Positions 47,288 through 55,273 of a stretch of 64,000 nucleotides of DNA are shown here, piece by piece; position 1 is the first letter of the stretch, and each line of letters starts with the position of its first letter. The translations under genes were made by a program, and so were the position numbers. This stretch comes from Candidatus Eiseniibacteriota bacterium (GTDB lineage: Bacteria > Eisenbacteria > RBG-16-71-46 > JABDJR01), in NCBI GenBank assembly GCA_963762255.1, contig CAVXKA010000001.1, forward strand, positions 288,001 to 352,000, in the 5' to 3' direction. The notes under the pieces were generated by a model. The model did no database searches. It was given only the letters and a program-made list of their open reading frames with translations, and was not told where the DNA came from.

Positions 47288-48285
47288 GCGGCGTTCCCCT
47301 CAAGAGCGCCCGGTTCCGGACGGAGCGGGAGGAATCCTGGCGTGAACTCGAGACGCTGGTGGACAAGGCGGAGCGGGAGGGGCTGAAGAAGCTCGACGCA
47401 GAAGAGCTCGGCCGCCTGCCCATGCTCTACCGTGGCGCACTTTCCTCGCTCGCGGTGGCCCGGGCCATCTCACTCGACTTGAACGTACTGCTGTACCTGG
47501 AGGGCCTGGCCGGGCGCGCCTACCTCTGCGTGTACGGCGTTCGCCGCGACTTGAAGTCGCTGCTCGCGGTCTTCCTGCGGGCATCTTTTCCGGTCACCGT
47601 GCGCCGGCTGCGGTGGCACGTCGCCCTGGCCTTCCTGTTCCTGGCCCTCGGCACGATCACCGGCTTCATCCTCACCCTGGCCGATCCAGACCGCTACTTC
47701 ATGTTCGTTCCCGAAGCCATGCAAGACGGTCGTACGCCGCTCTCCAGCACGGAGAGCCTGCGCGCGGTGCTGTTCGCGAAGGATACCGATCTGAGTTCCT
47801 TCCTGGCCACTTTCGCCGCGTTGCTCTTCACCCACAACGCCAAGGTGGGAATACTCGCCTTCTGCCTCGGGTTCGCGGCGGGGTTGCCCGTCTTCTACCT
47901 CCTCTTCACCAACGGGGTCGTCCTGGGGGCCCTGGCCGCGGTCTATCACACCCACGGGTTGTCGTTGGCGTTCTGGGGGTGGATCCTGCCGCACGGGGTC
48001 ACCGAGTTGACTGCGGTGGCGCTCTGCGGCGGGGCGGGTCTGGTGCTCGCCCAGGGCCTACTCTTCCCCGGCCGGCACCACCGATTGCAGAACCTCGCCG
48101 TGCAGGGGCGATCGGCGGGGCTGCTGGTGCTGGGCGCCGTGTTCATGCTCCTCATCGCCGGTCTCATCGAGGGCATCTTCCGCCAGGTGGTCCTGGATAC
48201 CGGGGGGCGCTACCTCATGGCCGGGCTCACGCTCTCCTTCTGGGCCGCGTACTTCCTGCGCGCGGGGAGAGGAGCCCCATCGTGA
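47284..48285 (+). CDS. Stage II sporulation protein M (SpoIIM/DUF95) family membrane protein
   Basis: LFTHNAKV, NGVVLG, WILPHGVTEL, IAGLIEG. Confidence 0.88.
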   Translation: MSGVPLKSARFRTEREESWRELETLVDKAEREGLKKLDAEELGRLPMLYRGALSSLAVARAISLDLNVLLYLEGLAGRAYLCVYGVRRDLKSLLAVFLRASFPVTVRRLRWHVALAFLFLALGTITGFILTLADPDRYFMFVPEAMQDGRTPLSSTESLRAVLFAKDTDLSSFLATFAALLFTHNAKVGILAFCLGFAAGLPVFYLLFTNGVVLGALAAVYHTHGLSLAFWGWILPHGVTELTAVALCGGAGLVLAQGLLFPGRHHRLQNLAVQGRSAGLLVLGAVFMLLIAGLIEGIFRQVVLDTGGRYLMAGLTLSFWAAYFLRAGRGAPS

Positions 48286-49217
48286 CCCAGCCCCGCTCGT
48301 TGCGCCGCCCCTTCGTTCTCGAGAGGGACCAGCACGAGATCCACCGCATCACGACCCCGGACGGCGTTCCTTTGCCGTTCGTCATCGCTCCCGTGGGGAG
48401 CCGACTCTCGGCGTTCCTGTGGGACACGCTGATCATCTTTGCCGGAGTGCTCGCCCTGTTGCTCTTCATTGGGTTCATGGGGATGGGCGCGCCGTTCGCG
48501 GCCGCCTGGACGATACCGGTGGCGATCATCGCATCTTTCCTGGGCTGGAACTTCTACTTCACCTGGTTCGAGCTTCGCTGGCAGGGAGCCACGCCGGGCA
48601 AGCGAAAGCTGGGATTGCGGGTGATCGACGCCCACGGCGGGCAGCTTTCCGCGGAATCGGTCATCGTCCGCAACCTCACCCGCGATCTCGAGCTCTATAT
48701 CCCGCTGCTCGCCCTGATCCGGCCGGAGCCGACGGGGATGGGGGCGGCGGCCTGGCTGCAGCTCCTGGCGCCGATGTGGCTGGTGATCTTTGCGCTGCTC
48801 CCGCTGTTCAACCGCGACCGGCAGCGGATCGGGGACCTGGTCGGAGGAACTCTCGTCGTGCTCCTCCCCAAGCGAACGCTCCTGGCCGACCTCGCCGCCG
48901 CTTCGCCATCCACCGCCTCTCCACGCGATCCGGCGATCACCTTCACCGAGAAGCAGCTTTCCGCCTACGGCATCTACGAACTGCAGGTGTTGGAAGAGGT
49001 GCTGCGGATGCCGCCGAGCCGGACCGCCATCGAGACACGGGCCGGCGTCGCGGAGAAGATCCGTGGCAAGATCGGCTGGGATGGCCCCCCGACCCGGGAC
49101 AAGGTCTTCCTGTCCGCCTTCTACGCCGCACTGCGCGCCGACCTGGAGCGCAAGATGCTCCACGGCAAGCGGCGTGAGGACAAGACCTCGTCCCCGGATC
49201 GGAAGGGAGCCCGCTAG
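48282..49217 (+). CDS. RDD family membrane protein
   Basis: TPDGVPL, GSRLSAFLWD, GATPGKRKLGLRV, RNLTR, QRIGDLVGGTLVV. Confidence 0.88.
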   Translation: MTQPRSLRRPFVLERDQHEIHRITTPDGVPLPFVIAPVGSRLSAFLWDTLIIFAGVLALLLFIGFMGMGAPFAAAWTIPVAIIASFLGWNFYFTWFELRWQGATPGKRKLGLRVIDAHGGQLSAESVIVRNLTRDLELYIPLLALIRPEPTGMGAAAWLQLLAPMWLVIFALLPLFNRDRQRIGDLVGGTLVVLLPKRTLLADLAAASPSTASPRDPAITFTEKQLSAYGIYELQVLEEVLRMPPSRTAIETRAGVAEKIRGKIGWDGPPTRDKVFLSAFYAALRADLERKMLHGKRREDKTSSPDRKGAR

Positions 49218-49951
49218 GCGAAGACCTCGGCCAGGTCGTGGATCTCGAACCCTTCCTTGTCCACGCGCAGGAGGTAGTAGGCAACTCCCGCGGCCACCGC
49301 GTTCAGCGCCTGGCCGGTGGTGGAGATAAGAGTGTTCATGAGCTGCCCGATCACCGCGTTCTGGATCGCGCCCGTCAAGAGCAGGCCGACACGCGACGCC
49401 ACCAGGCCTACCACGATCGAGATCACCCCGAGGACGACGATGATCTCCACGAGGGGCCAGCGTGCCCCGCTGGTCAGGTTGCGGCTCCGGTCCAACGAGG
49501 CGCCGACACCAAGCCCCTCTACGACCACCGCGGGCACCACCACGAAGAAGGTGGCCGCGGCGATGATCCCCGGAATGATGAGGACGAGAAAACCGATGCC
49601 GACGATGACCCCGGTCACGAGCGAGGCGGCCAGCACGACCCAGAAGCGACGAAGGACGACCCGGAGGCAATCCACGATGCGCACCGGGACTCCATGGAGC
49701 TGCTGAAAGACGCCGTACACCACGGCCGCGGTCATGACCAGCGACAGGGTCAGGCTCAACACCGTGCCGGCCCCGAACGTCAGCCAGTGCGTCGCGGTGA
49801 CGCCCTCGGATCCCGTCGCCCCCAGCGATAGGACCCAAAGCGTGAGCGGAAGGTTGACCACATAGGCGATCGCGGTGAACGGCAGGAAGTTCCGGAAGTA
49901 GGTGGAGAACGATTTGTTCAGGACGCTGGCGACACCGAACTCCTTCGACAT
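49214..49951 (-). CDS. Multi-pass membrane protein (GDPD membrane-anchor-like)
   Basis: About 6 TM segments, LIIPGI, PAVVVE...SLDRS..L. Confidence 0.7.
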   Translation of the reverse strand: MSKEFGVASVLNKSFSTYFRNFLPFTAIAYVVNLPLTLWVLSLGATGSEGVTATHWLTFGAGTVLSLTLSLVMTAAVVYGVFQQLHGVPVRIVDCLRVVLRRFWVVLAASLVTGVIVGIGFLVLIIPGIIAAATFFVVVPAVVVEGLGVGASLDRSRNLTSGARWPLVEIIVVLGVISIVVGLVASRVGLLLTGAIQNAVIGQLMNTLISTTGQALNAVAAGVAYYLLRVDKEGFEIHDLAEVFA

Positions 49952-49970
49952 GAAGTACCCCCTCCTCGGC

Positions 49971-50636
49971 TTAGTGCCCGCTCCGGTTCTGCTGGAGCTG
50001 CTCGTTGAGCCCCTTCAGCAACGCGGCCACAAGATCGCGCGCGGGACGGGCGCACGCATCCGCCGCCCCAAAGGTCTTCGCGCGTTCCTTCGCGTCGTCC
50101 AGGTTGGGCCCGTCGAACACGGTCTTCAGAAGGCCGCAGGCGTTCATGAGCGCGAGCAGCGCGGCGGTGCGATCGTCGGGTCGCAACGACCCGCTCACCA
50201 CGCGGCGAATGCGGTCATGGAGGTCGCGCTCGACCGTCCGGTCGCGCTGCGGGTAGCGCGTGACCGGGAAGAGGCCCAGTAGCTTCCCCTCTTCCGCCTT
50301 CAACAGCCTCCGTTCGACCAGCGGCTGTGCCACGCGGTCGGGCAGCTTCTTGATCTTCTGCGCCGCCGTTCCCACCCACGCAGCCGGTTTCTTCGGCTTC
50401 GCCTCCGCGGCGATGAGCGCTCTCACGTCGTCCAACACGGGGTTGCCGGTCGGGGCGACATCGCCCACCACGATCCTCTCGTCCTCCATTCGTATCTGAC
50501 CGCGCAGGGCGAGATCGACGAGGGCGGCGGCGGCCAGGCCGGAGGGCAGGGTCTGCCCCGCGCGGTCCTGGCCGGTGCGGTCATCCAGCGCCAGCAACAG
50601 CAGCTCTTCGGGAAGCGAGAGACGTTCATCCATCAT
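49971..50636 (-). CDS. GPP34/GOLPH3/Vps74-family protein
   Basis: LPEELLLLALDD, LAAAALVDLALRG, TGNPVLD, LGLFPVTRYP, RTAALLAL. Confidence 0.85.
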   Translation of the reverse strand: MMDERLSLPEELLLLALDDRTGQDRAGQTLPSGLAAAALVDLALRGQIRMEDERIVVGDVAPTGNPVLDDVRALIAAEAKPKKPAAWVGTAAQKIKKLPDRVAQPLVERRLLKAEEGKLLGLFPVTRYPQRDRTVERDLHDRIRRVVSGSLRPDDRTAALLALMNACGLLKTVFDGPNLDDAKERAKTFGAADACARPARDLVAALLKGLNEQLQQNRSGH

Positions 50637-51669
50637 GGCGGGAGCTTACCTCGTGGTCGCGTTTCTTGAGCTTGCGCCACAGCGTGCTGCGGCTCACCCC
50701 CAACCGGCGCGCGGCCTCGGATGCGTTGCCGCCCACCGCCTCCAGCGTGCGGCGGATGTACAGCGACTCCACGTCCTCCAGGGTGAGGCCGTCGGGGATC
50801 TCGAGCCCCCCCTTGGGGCCCTCCAGCCGCGGCCGCTCGCGCTGGCGCAGAGGCGGGGGAAGATCCTCCGGGCGGATCACCGAGTCCTCGGCGAGCGCCA
50901 CCGCACGCTGCACCGCGTTTTCCAACTCGCGCACATTGCCGGGATACGCGTAGCGCAGGAGCAGCTCCTGCGCCTCCGGCGAGAACCCCGCCACCGTCTT
51001 CCTCATCTTGACCGCGTAGCGATCGAGGAAATAGGCGGCCAGAAGCGGGATGTCCTCGCGGCGATCGCGCAAGGGCGGGATCTCGATCTGGAACACGTTG
51101 AGCCGGTAGTAGAGATCCTCTCGGAAGAGCCCCTCCTCCATGGCCACGCGCAGATCGCGGTTGGTGGCGGAGATGATACGCACGTCCACGCGCACCGAGG
51201 TGTTGGCCCCCACGCGGCGCACCTCGCCGTCCTGCAGGACGCGCAAGAGCTTCACCTGGCTCGGCTGAAGGAGTTCCCCCACCTCGTCGAGGAAGAGCGT
51301 GCCGCCGTCGGCCTGCTCGAAGAGGCCCTTCTTGTCCGTGGTGGCGCCTGTGAAGGAGCCGCGCACATGGCCGAAGAGTTCGCTCTCGAGCAGGTTCTCC
51401 GGAAGCGCGCCGCAGTTGATGGCGAGGAAAGGCCGGTGCGCGCGACGGCTCTGGTAGTGGATGGAGCGCGCGAGAAGTTCCTTCCCGGTCCCCGACTCGC
51501 CGGTGATGAGGACCGCGCTCTCGGTGGGGGCGATCTTCGACACGAAGCGGAAGATGCGCTGGATGCGCGGGCTACGGCCGATGATGTTGGCCGCTCCCGT
51601 GACCGCGGAATCTTCGGCTGGGCGTAGTTCGAGAGGTTCGGGCATCTTAGGACGCAACGTGGCGCTCAT
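50626..51669 (-). CDS. sigma54-dependent Fis-family activator lacking an N-terminal sensory domain
   Basis: [74 protein letters not shown]; only ~27 aa precede the AAA domain. Confidence 0.92.
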   Translation of the reverse strand: MSATLRPKMPEPLELRPAEDSAVTGAANIIGRSPRIQRIFRFVSKIAPTESAVLITGESGTGKELLARSIHYQSRRAHRPFLAINCGALPENLLESELFGHVRGSFTGATTDKKGLFEQADGGTLFLDEVGELLQPSQVKLLRVLQDGEVRRVGANTSVRVDVRIISATNRDLRVAMEEGLFREDLYYRLNVFQIEIPPLRDRREDIPLLAAYFLDRYAVKMRKTVAGFSPEAQELLLRYAYPGNVRELENAVQRAVALAEDSVIRPEDLPPPLRQRERPRLEGPKGGLEIPDGLTLEDVESLYIRRTLEAVGGNASEAARRLGVSRSTLWRKLKKRDHEVSSRHDG

Positions 51670-51779
51670 GGCTTGGTGTGGTTCAACGGATCCTGATAGG
51701 TAGCGACCCGGTGAATGTACCGTTTGCGCGGCCCGAGGGGTAGGCGTTTCGAGAGTGCGGGGCGCGGGGAGTCCGGCGG

Positions 51780-51860
51780 TCAGTGCCCGGCGCGGACCCT
51801 CAGTGCCCGGCTCGGATCGTCAGTGCCCGGCTCGGATCGTCAGTGCCCGGCGCGGACGGT
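51780..51860. repeat. 20 bp tandem repeat, 4 copies, made of the 3' end of the upstream minus-strand gene
   Basis: CAGTGCCCGGC(G/T)CGGA(CCCT/TCGT/TCGT/CGGT); no spacers. Confidence 0.85.
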
Positions 51861-52229
51861 GCGCCGGTTCGCCTGCGCCTGCTGCACGCGGCGGGGCGAG
51901 AGTCGCGCCTCGACCGACGAGGCAGGGTAGAACTCCTCCTCGCGCTCGTAGAACCAGAACCGGCTAGTCACCTTGTAGTGCGCGGCGATGGAGATGCCGT
52001 TTTCGTTGAGCGCGATCACGAGATCGTCGGCGCGCAGCGGCAACTTCTTCTCTTGAATGAAGTCCATTACCTGACGACGCACATCCCTCTCGGAACGCAG
52101 GGTGCGGTTCCTGGACACTTCCTCCATCTTCCCTTGGAGCATCCTGTTCTGAATCCTGGGAGAGAGGAAGATGTGGCCGACATGAATGGCCAGAATGAAG
52201 AGCGCGACACCGAACAATCCTCTGATCAT
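51840..52229 (-). CDS. Small membrane-anchored protein (DUF4845-like)
   Basis: N-terminal TM, helical body, ISIAAHYKV; GGAGAGG ribosome-binding site. Confidence 0.55.
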   Translation of the reverse strand: MIRGLFGVALFILAIHVGHIFLSPRIQNRMLQGKMEEVSRNRTLRSERDVRRQVMDFIQEKKLPLRADDLVIALNENGISIAAHYKVTSRFWFYEREEEFYPASSVEARLSPRRVQQAQANRRTVRAGH

Positions 52230-52364
52230 AGTTCGACCCTCTCCGATGGTCGGGATGCGTCCTGCAACGACTCCCTTCGTATATCGGCCGGGATCACCGA
52301 GGGGTTGAGCCAGGGCGGTAGGCCGGGGCCGACGGTCTGGGGGCGCAGCCTCAGGGGCGGTGGC

Positions 52365-53273
52365 TCAAGGCCGGCGCCAGCGAAAGGCTGCCCACGTGTC
52401 GCGCCGAAGCTCGGCCTCCAGCGCGTAGCCTCGGGCACGCCAGCGCGCCGAGGCCTCGTCGGCCTGCTCGTCGCGCAGCCCGGAAAGCACGACCCGCGCG
52501 CCGGGGGCCAGCACCCGGTCGAGGCCGTGGTCGACAGCGAGGTGCTCGCGCGCGGTGAGGTTGGCCACGGCGAGATCGAAGCTCGCTTCGACGAAGGGAG
52601 CCGACGCGCAGTGGATGGCCTCGGCTCGGCCCCGCGCCGCGTTGAGCGCCAGGTTTCCGAGCAGGGAGGGGATCGCGTCGCGGTCGGCCTCGGTGAGGAA
52701 TGCGCGCAGCGACGGTGCGTGCGCGAGCGCGCCCAGCGCGAGCACTCCGCTCCCCGATCCCACGTCGAGGAGTCGCCGCGCGTCCGAAAGGCAGGGTTCG
52801 AGAAGCTCCCACGCCATCGCAGTGGTCATGTGGGTGCCGGTGCCGAAGGCGCGACCCGGTTCGATCCGCACCGCGATCCGCCCGCCTGCCACGGGCTCGG
52901 CCCACCACGCGGGGAGCACGATGAGGCTGTGCCCCAGCTCGGTGGGACGCCACGCCTCCTTCCAGATTCGCAGCCAGTCCTCCTCCTCCACCGTGAACGC
53001 ATGGACGCGCACCGCCCTCGGCTCCTCGCCCGCGCGCGCCACATGCGCGCGCAGGTCCTCGGCGACCCGCTCCGCATCCCACCTGGTCTCGGAGAACGCG
53101 GCGATGTGCCCGGGGTCCTCGGGATCCTCCTCCAGACCGAGGATGGGATGATCCCAGAGCGCGGCGACGACAAACTCCATCGCGGCAGCGGGCGCGCGCA
53201 CGTCGAGGCCGTGCCAACGCCGATGCGCGTTCGCGATCGCATGCGTCCCGTTGATCGCACGCGCCGCGCTCAT
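52365..53273 (-). CDS. prmA: Ribosomal protein L11 methyltransferase-like
   Basis: EEDWLRIWK, IEPGRAFGTGTH.TT, LDVGSGSG, VANL, LSG. Confidence 0.8.
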   Translation of the reverse strand: MSAARAINGTHAIANAHRRWHGLDVRAPAAAMEFVVAALWDHPILGLEEDPEDPGHIAAFSETRWDAERVAEDLRAHVARAGEEPRAVRVHAFTVEEEDWLRIWKEAWRPTELGHSLIVLPAWWAEPVAGGRIAVRIEPGRAFGTGTHMTTAMAWELLEPCLSDARRLLDVGSGSGVLALGALAHAPSLRAFLTEADRDAIPSLLGNLALNAARGRAEAIHCASAPFVEASFDLAVANLTAREHLAVDHGLDRVLAPGARVVLSGLRDEQADEASARWRARGYALEAELRRDTWAAFRWRRP

Positions 53274-55189
53274 GGCGATCGCCGCAGCGAGTCCGCCGCG
53301 GAGGGGAGCCAGAGCCAGACGCGATATCCGTCGTTGGAGAACACCTCCCTGGCGTCGGGCGGTGGATGAAGGCGGTCGGCCTCGGGGAAGCGCTGCACGA
53401 TGTAGATCGGTGCGCGGAACGCCCGCAGAAGATCGATCTGCTCGGGATCGAGCTCGATGCCGCGCAGAAGATCGTAGTGCGCGGTGCTGCGCCGAACCAT
53501 CGCGTTGGTGCGGTAGGCCACCGTCCAGTCCTGGGGTCGCCGGCCGTAGAGCGCGGTGCGGCGCGCCGCCAGGGAGAGATCGGGCCCGATGTCCGCCACG
53601 ACCGCGTCGGCCGGGGTGTGCTCGCGAAGCCAGGCCACCGTCTCGCGCGCTTCAGGAGTGAGCGCCGGCGGGGTCGGCGCGCCGAGGTAGCCCGCCACCC
53701 CGACCACCGTGCGAGGCACGAGCACGAGGAAGAGCGCGATCGCAACGAACACGCGACCCACTCCGCGCGCGCGCGCCCAGACGAGCGGCACGGCGGAACC
53801 CGCGGCGAGGGCGAGCGGCACGTAGGCGAGGGTGATCGGCCCGATGAGCGGGTCGGGCCCGGGGAACTCCACGACCAGGCAGAGCGTGAAGAGCAGCACC
53901 GTCCACACCGTCCACGCCTGCCGGCGCACGTCGGCCGCGGCGAGGAAGCTGCCGAGCACGCCGACCCCGAAGAGAAGCGCGGGGAGGAGCGCTCCCGCCA
54001 CGTGCGCCGCCTTGCCCGGCGAGAGGCGCAGGAAGAGCGCGGGATCGAAGGGGACGCCGCGCAGGATATGAGCCAGGTACGGCGCTCCGACCAGAAGGGC
54101 GAGCACCATCGGCAGCACGGTCCCGGTCAGCTCCCACCCGGGACCGCGGAACGGGTTCAGCCGGCCGGCGATCCAGACCACCGGAATCGATATGAAGGTC
54201 ACGACCATGGTCACGATCCCCACTCCGCCATGGAAGAGGAGCATGCCGAGCGCGGCGAGAAAAGCCAGGAGGTTCCAGCGCAGGCGGTTCTCCCCCAGCG
54301 AGGCGACGGTGGCCATGAGGAAGAGAAGCATGTAGACGAGGCCGAGCACGAAGGGCCCCGCGGTGAGGAAACGATCGAGGAAGAAGGTGCCGTTGAGCGA
54401 AAAGAAGAGGAACGTCGCTCCCCAGATCGCGCGCGCATGCGGGAGCGCGAGAAGGGTGAGCAGCTTATACCCGGTGAAGACGAGCACGAAGGCGGCGGTG
54501 AGGCTCCCCCCCGCGAGGAGGACGTCGGGTGTTACGCGTGTCGCCCCCTGGAGCACGGCGAGATAGGCGTGAAAGATCCAGAACGAGCGGAGCGGTTGGC
54601 CCGCCATGAGCGGATCCCCGACCGGCAGGCCGTGGCGCAGTATCGCCTGGGTGACGGCGAGATCCAACGCCGCGTCGCCGGAGACTCGGATCCAGGCCCG
54701 CGCCAGAAGCGGAAGCGCGATGAGGGCGAGCACCGCGGTGGCGAGGACAAGGACCTGCTGGCGATCGGATCGCCTGCGGAGGAACCCCGGCATCTCCATC
54801 GAGACCGCGTACTCCTCGATCTCGCGGCGCGGATGCGGGGCGAACACCACGGCGAGCACGGCCAGGAGGACGATCCAGGGAGCGGTTTCGTCGAGTCGCA
54901 CCCCGCTCAAGGTCAGGAGCAGCGCCATTCCGACGGAGAGCACGGGGGCGAGGATGAGGGGAAGGATCCACGAGGCCCAGAGCCCGAAGCGATTCTCCAC
55001 CCACAGCGCGGCGGCGAGGCCGGGGAGATAGGCCACGCCGAGGAGGCCGAAGAGCGCGGTGAGCGCGGCCGGCGAGCCGGGGGCGCGGGTGATTGCGAAG
55101 AGGGCGCCGAGGGTCAGCGCCGAGGTGGGCAGGATCGCGCGACCGAACGGCGACTCGGGCGGAAGCGGGAACTGGGTCGAAGTCAACAC
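53270..55189 (-). CDS. Polytopic membrane protein, GT-C glycosyltransferase-like
   Basis: Many TM segments; YLPG, SGDAALDL, GLPVGDPLMAG, FWIFH, AWLREHTPADAVV, VFSNDG.RVW tail. Start estimated at GTG 55189. Confidence 0.6.
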   Translation of the reverse strand: MLTSTQFPLPPESPFGRAILPTSALTLGALFAITRAPGSPAALTALFGLLGVAYLPGLAAALWVENRFGLWASWILPLILAPVLSVGMALLLTLSGVRLDETAPWIVLLAVLAVVFAPHPRREIEEYAVSMEMPGFLRRRSDRQQVLVLATAVLALIALPLLARAWIRVSGDAALDLAVTQAILRHGLPVGDPLMAGQPLRSFWIFHAYLAVLQGATRVTPDVLLAGGSLTAAFVLVFTGYKLLTLLALPHARAIWGATFLFFSLNGTFFLDRFLTAGPFVLGLVYMLLFLMATVASLGENRLRWNLLAFLAALGMLLFHGGVGIVTMVVTFISIPVVWIAGRLNPFRGPGWELTGTVLPMVLALLVGAPYLAHILRGVPFDPALFLRLSPGKAAHVAGALLPALLFGVGVLGSFLAAADVRRQAWTVWTVLLFTLCLVVEFPGPDPLIGPITLAYVPLALAAGSAVPLVWARARGVGRVFVAIALFLVLVPRTVVGVAGYLGAPTPPALTPEARETVAWLREHTPADAVVADIGPDLSLAARRTALYGRRPQDWTVAYRTNAMVRRSTAHYDLLRGIELDPEQIDLLRAFRAPIYIVQRFPEADRLHPPPDAREVFSNDGYRVWLWLPSAADSLRRSP

Positions 55190-55273
55190 AACCCCCTGAC
55201 CGGAACCTCGCGCTCTTGATAGGATGCGAGATTCGTCAGCGTCGTTCCTCTTTGCACGAGGTGGATCACCGGG

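Noticed and set aside
51780-51860. CRISPR array
   Set aside because: The 20 bp units are contiguous with no unique spacers, and no cas genes are present
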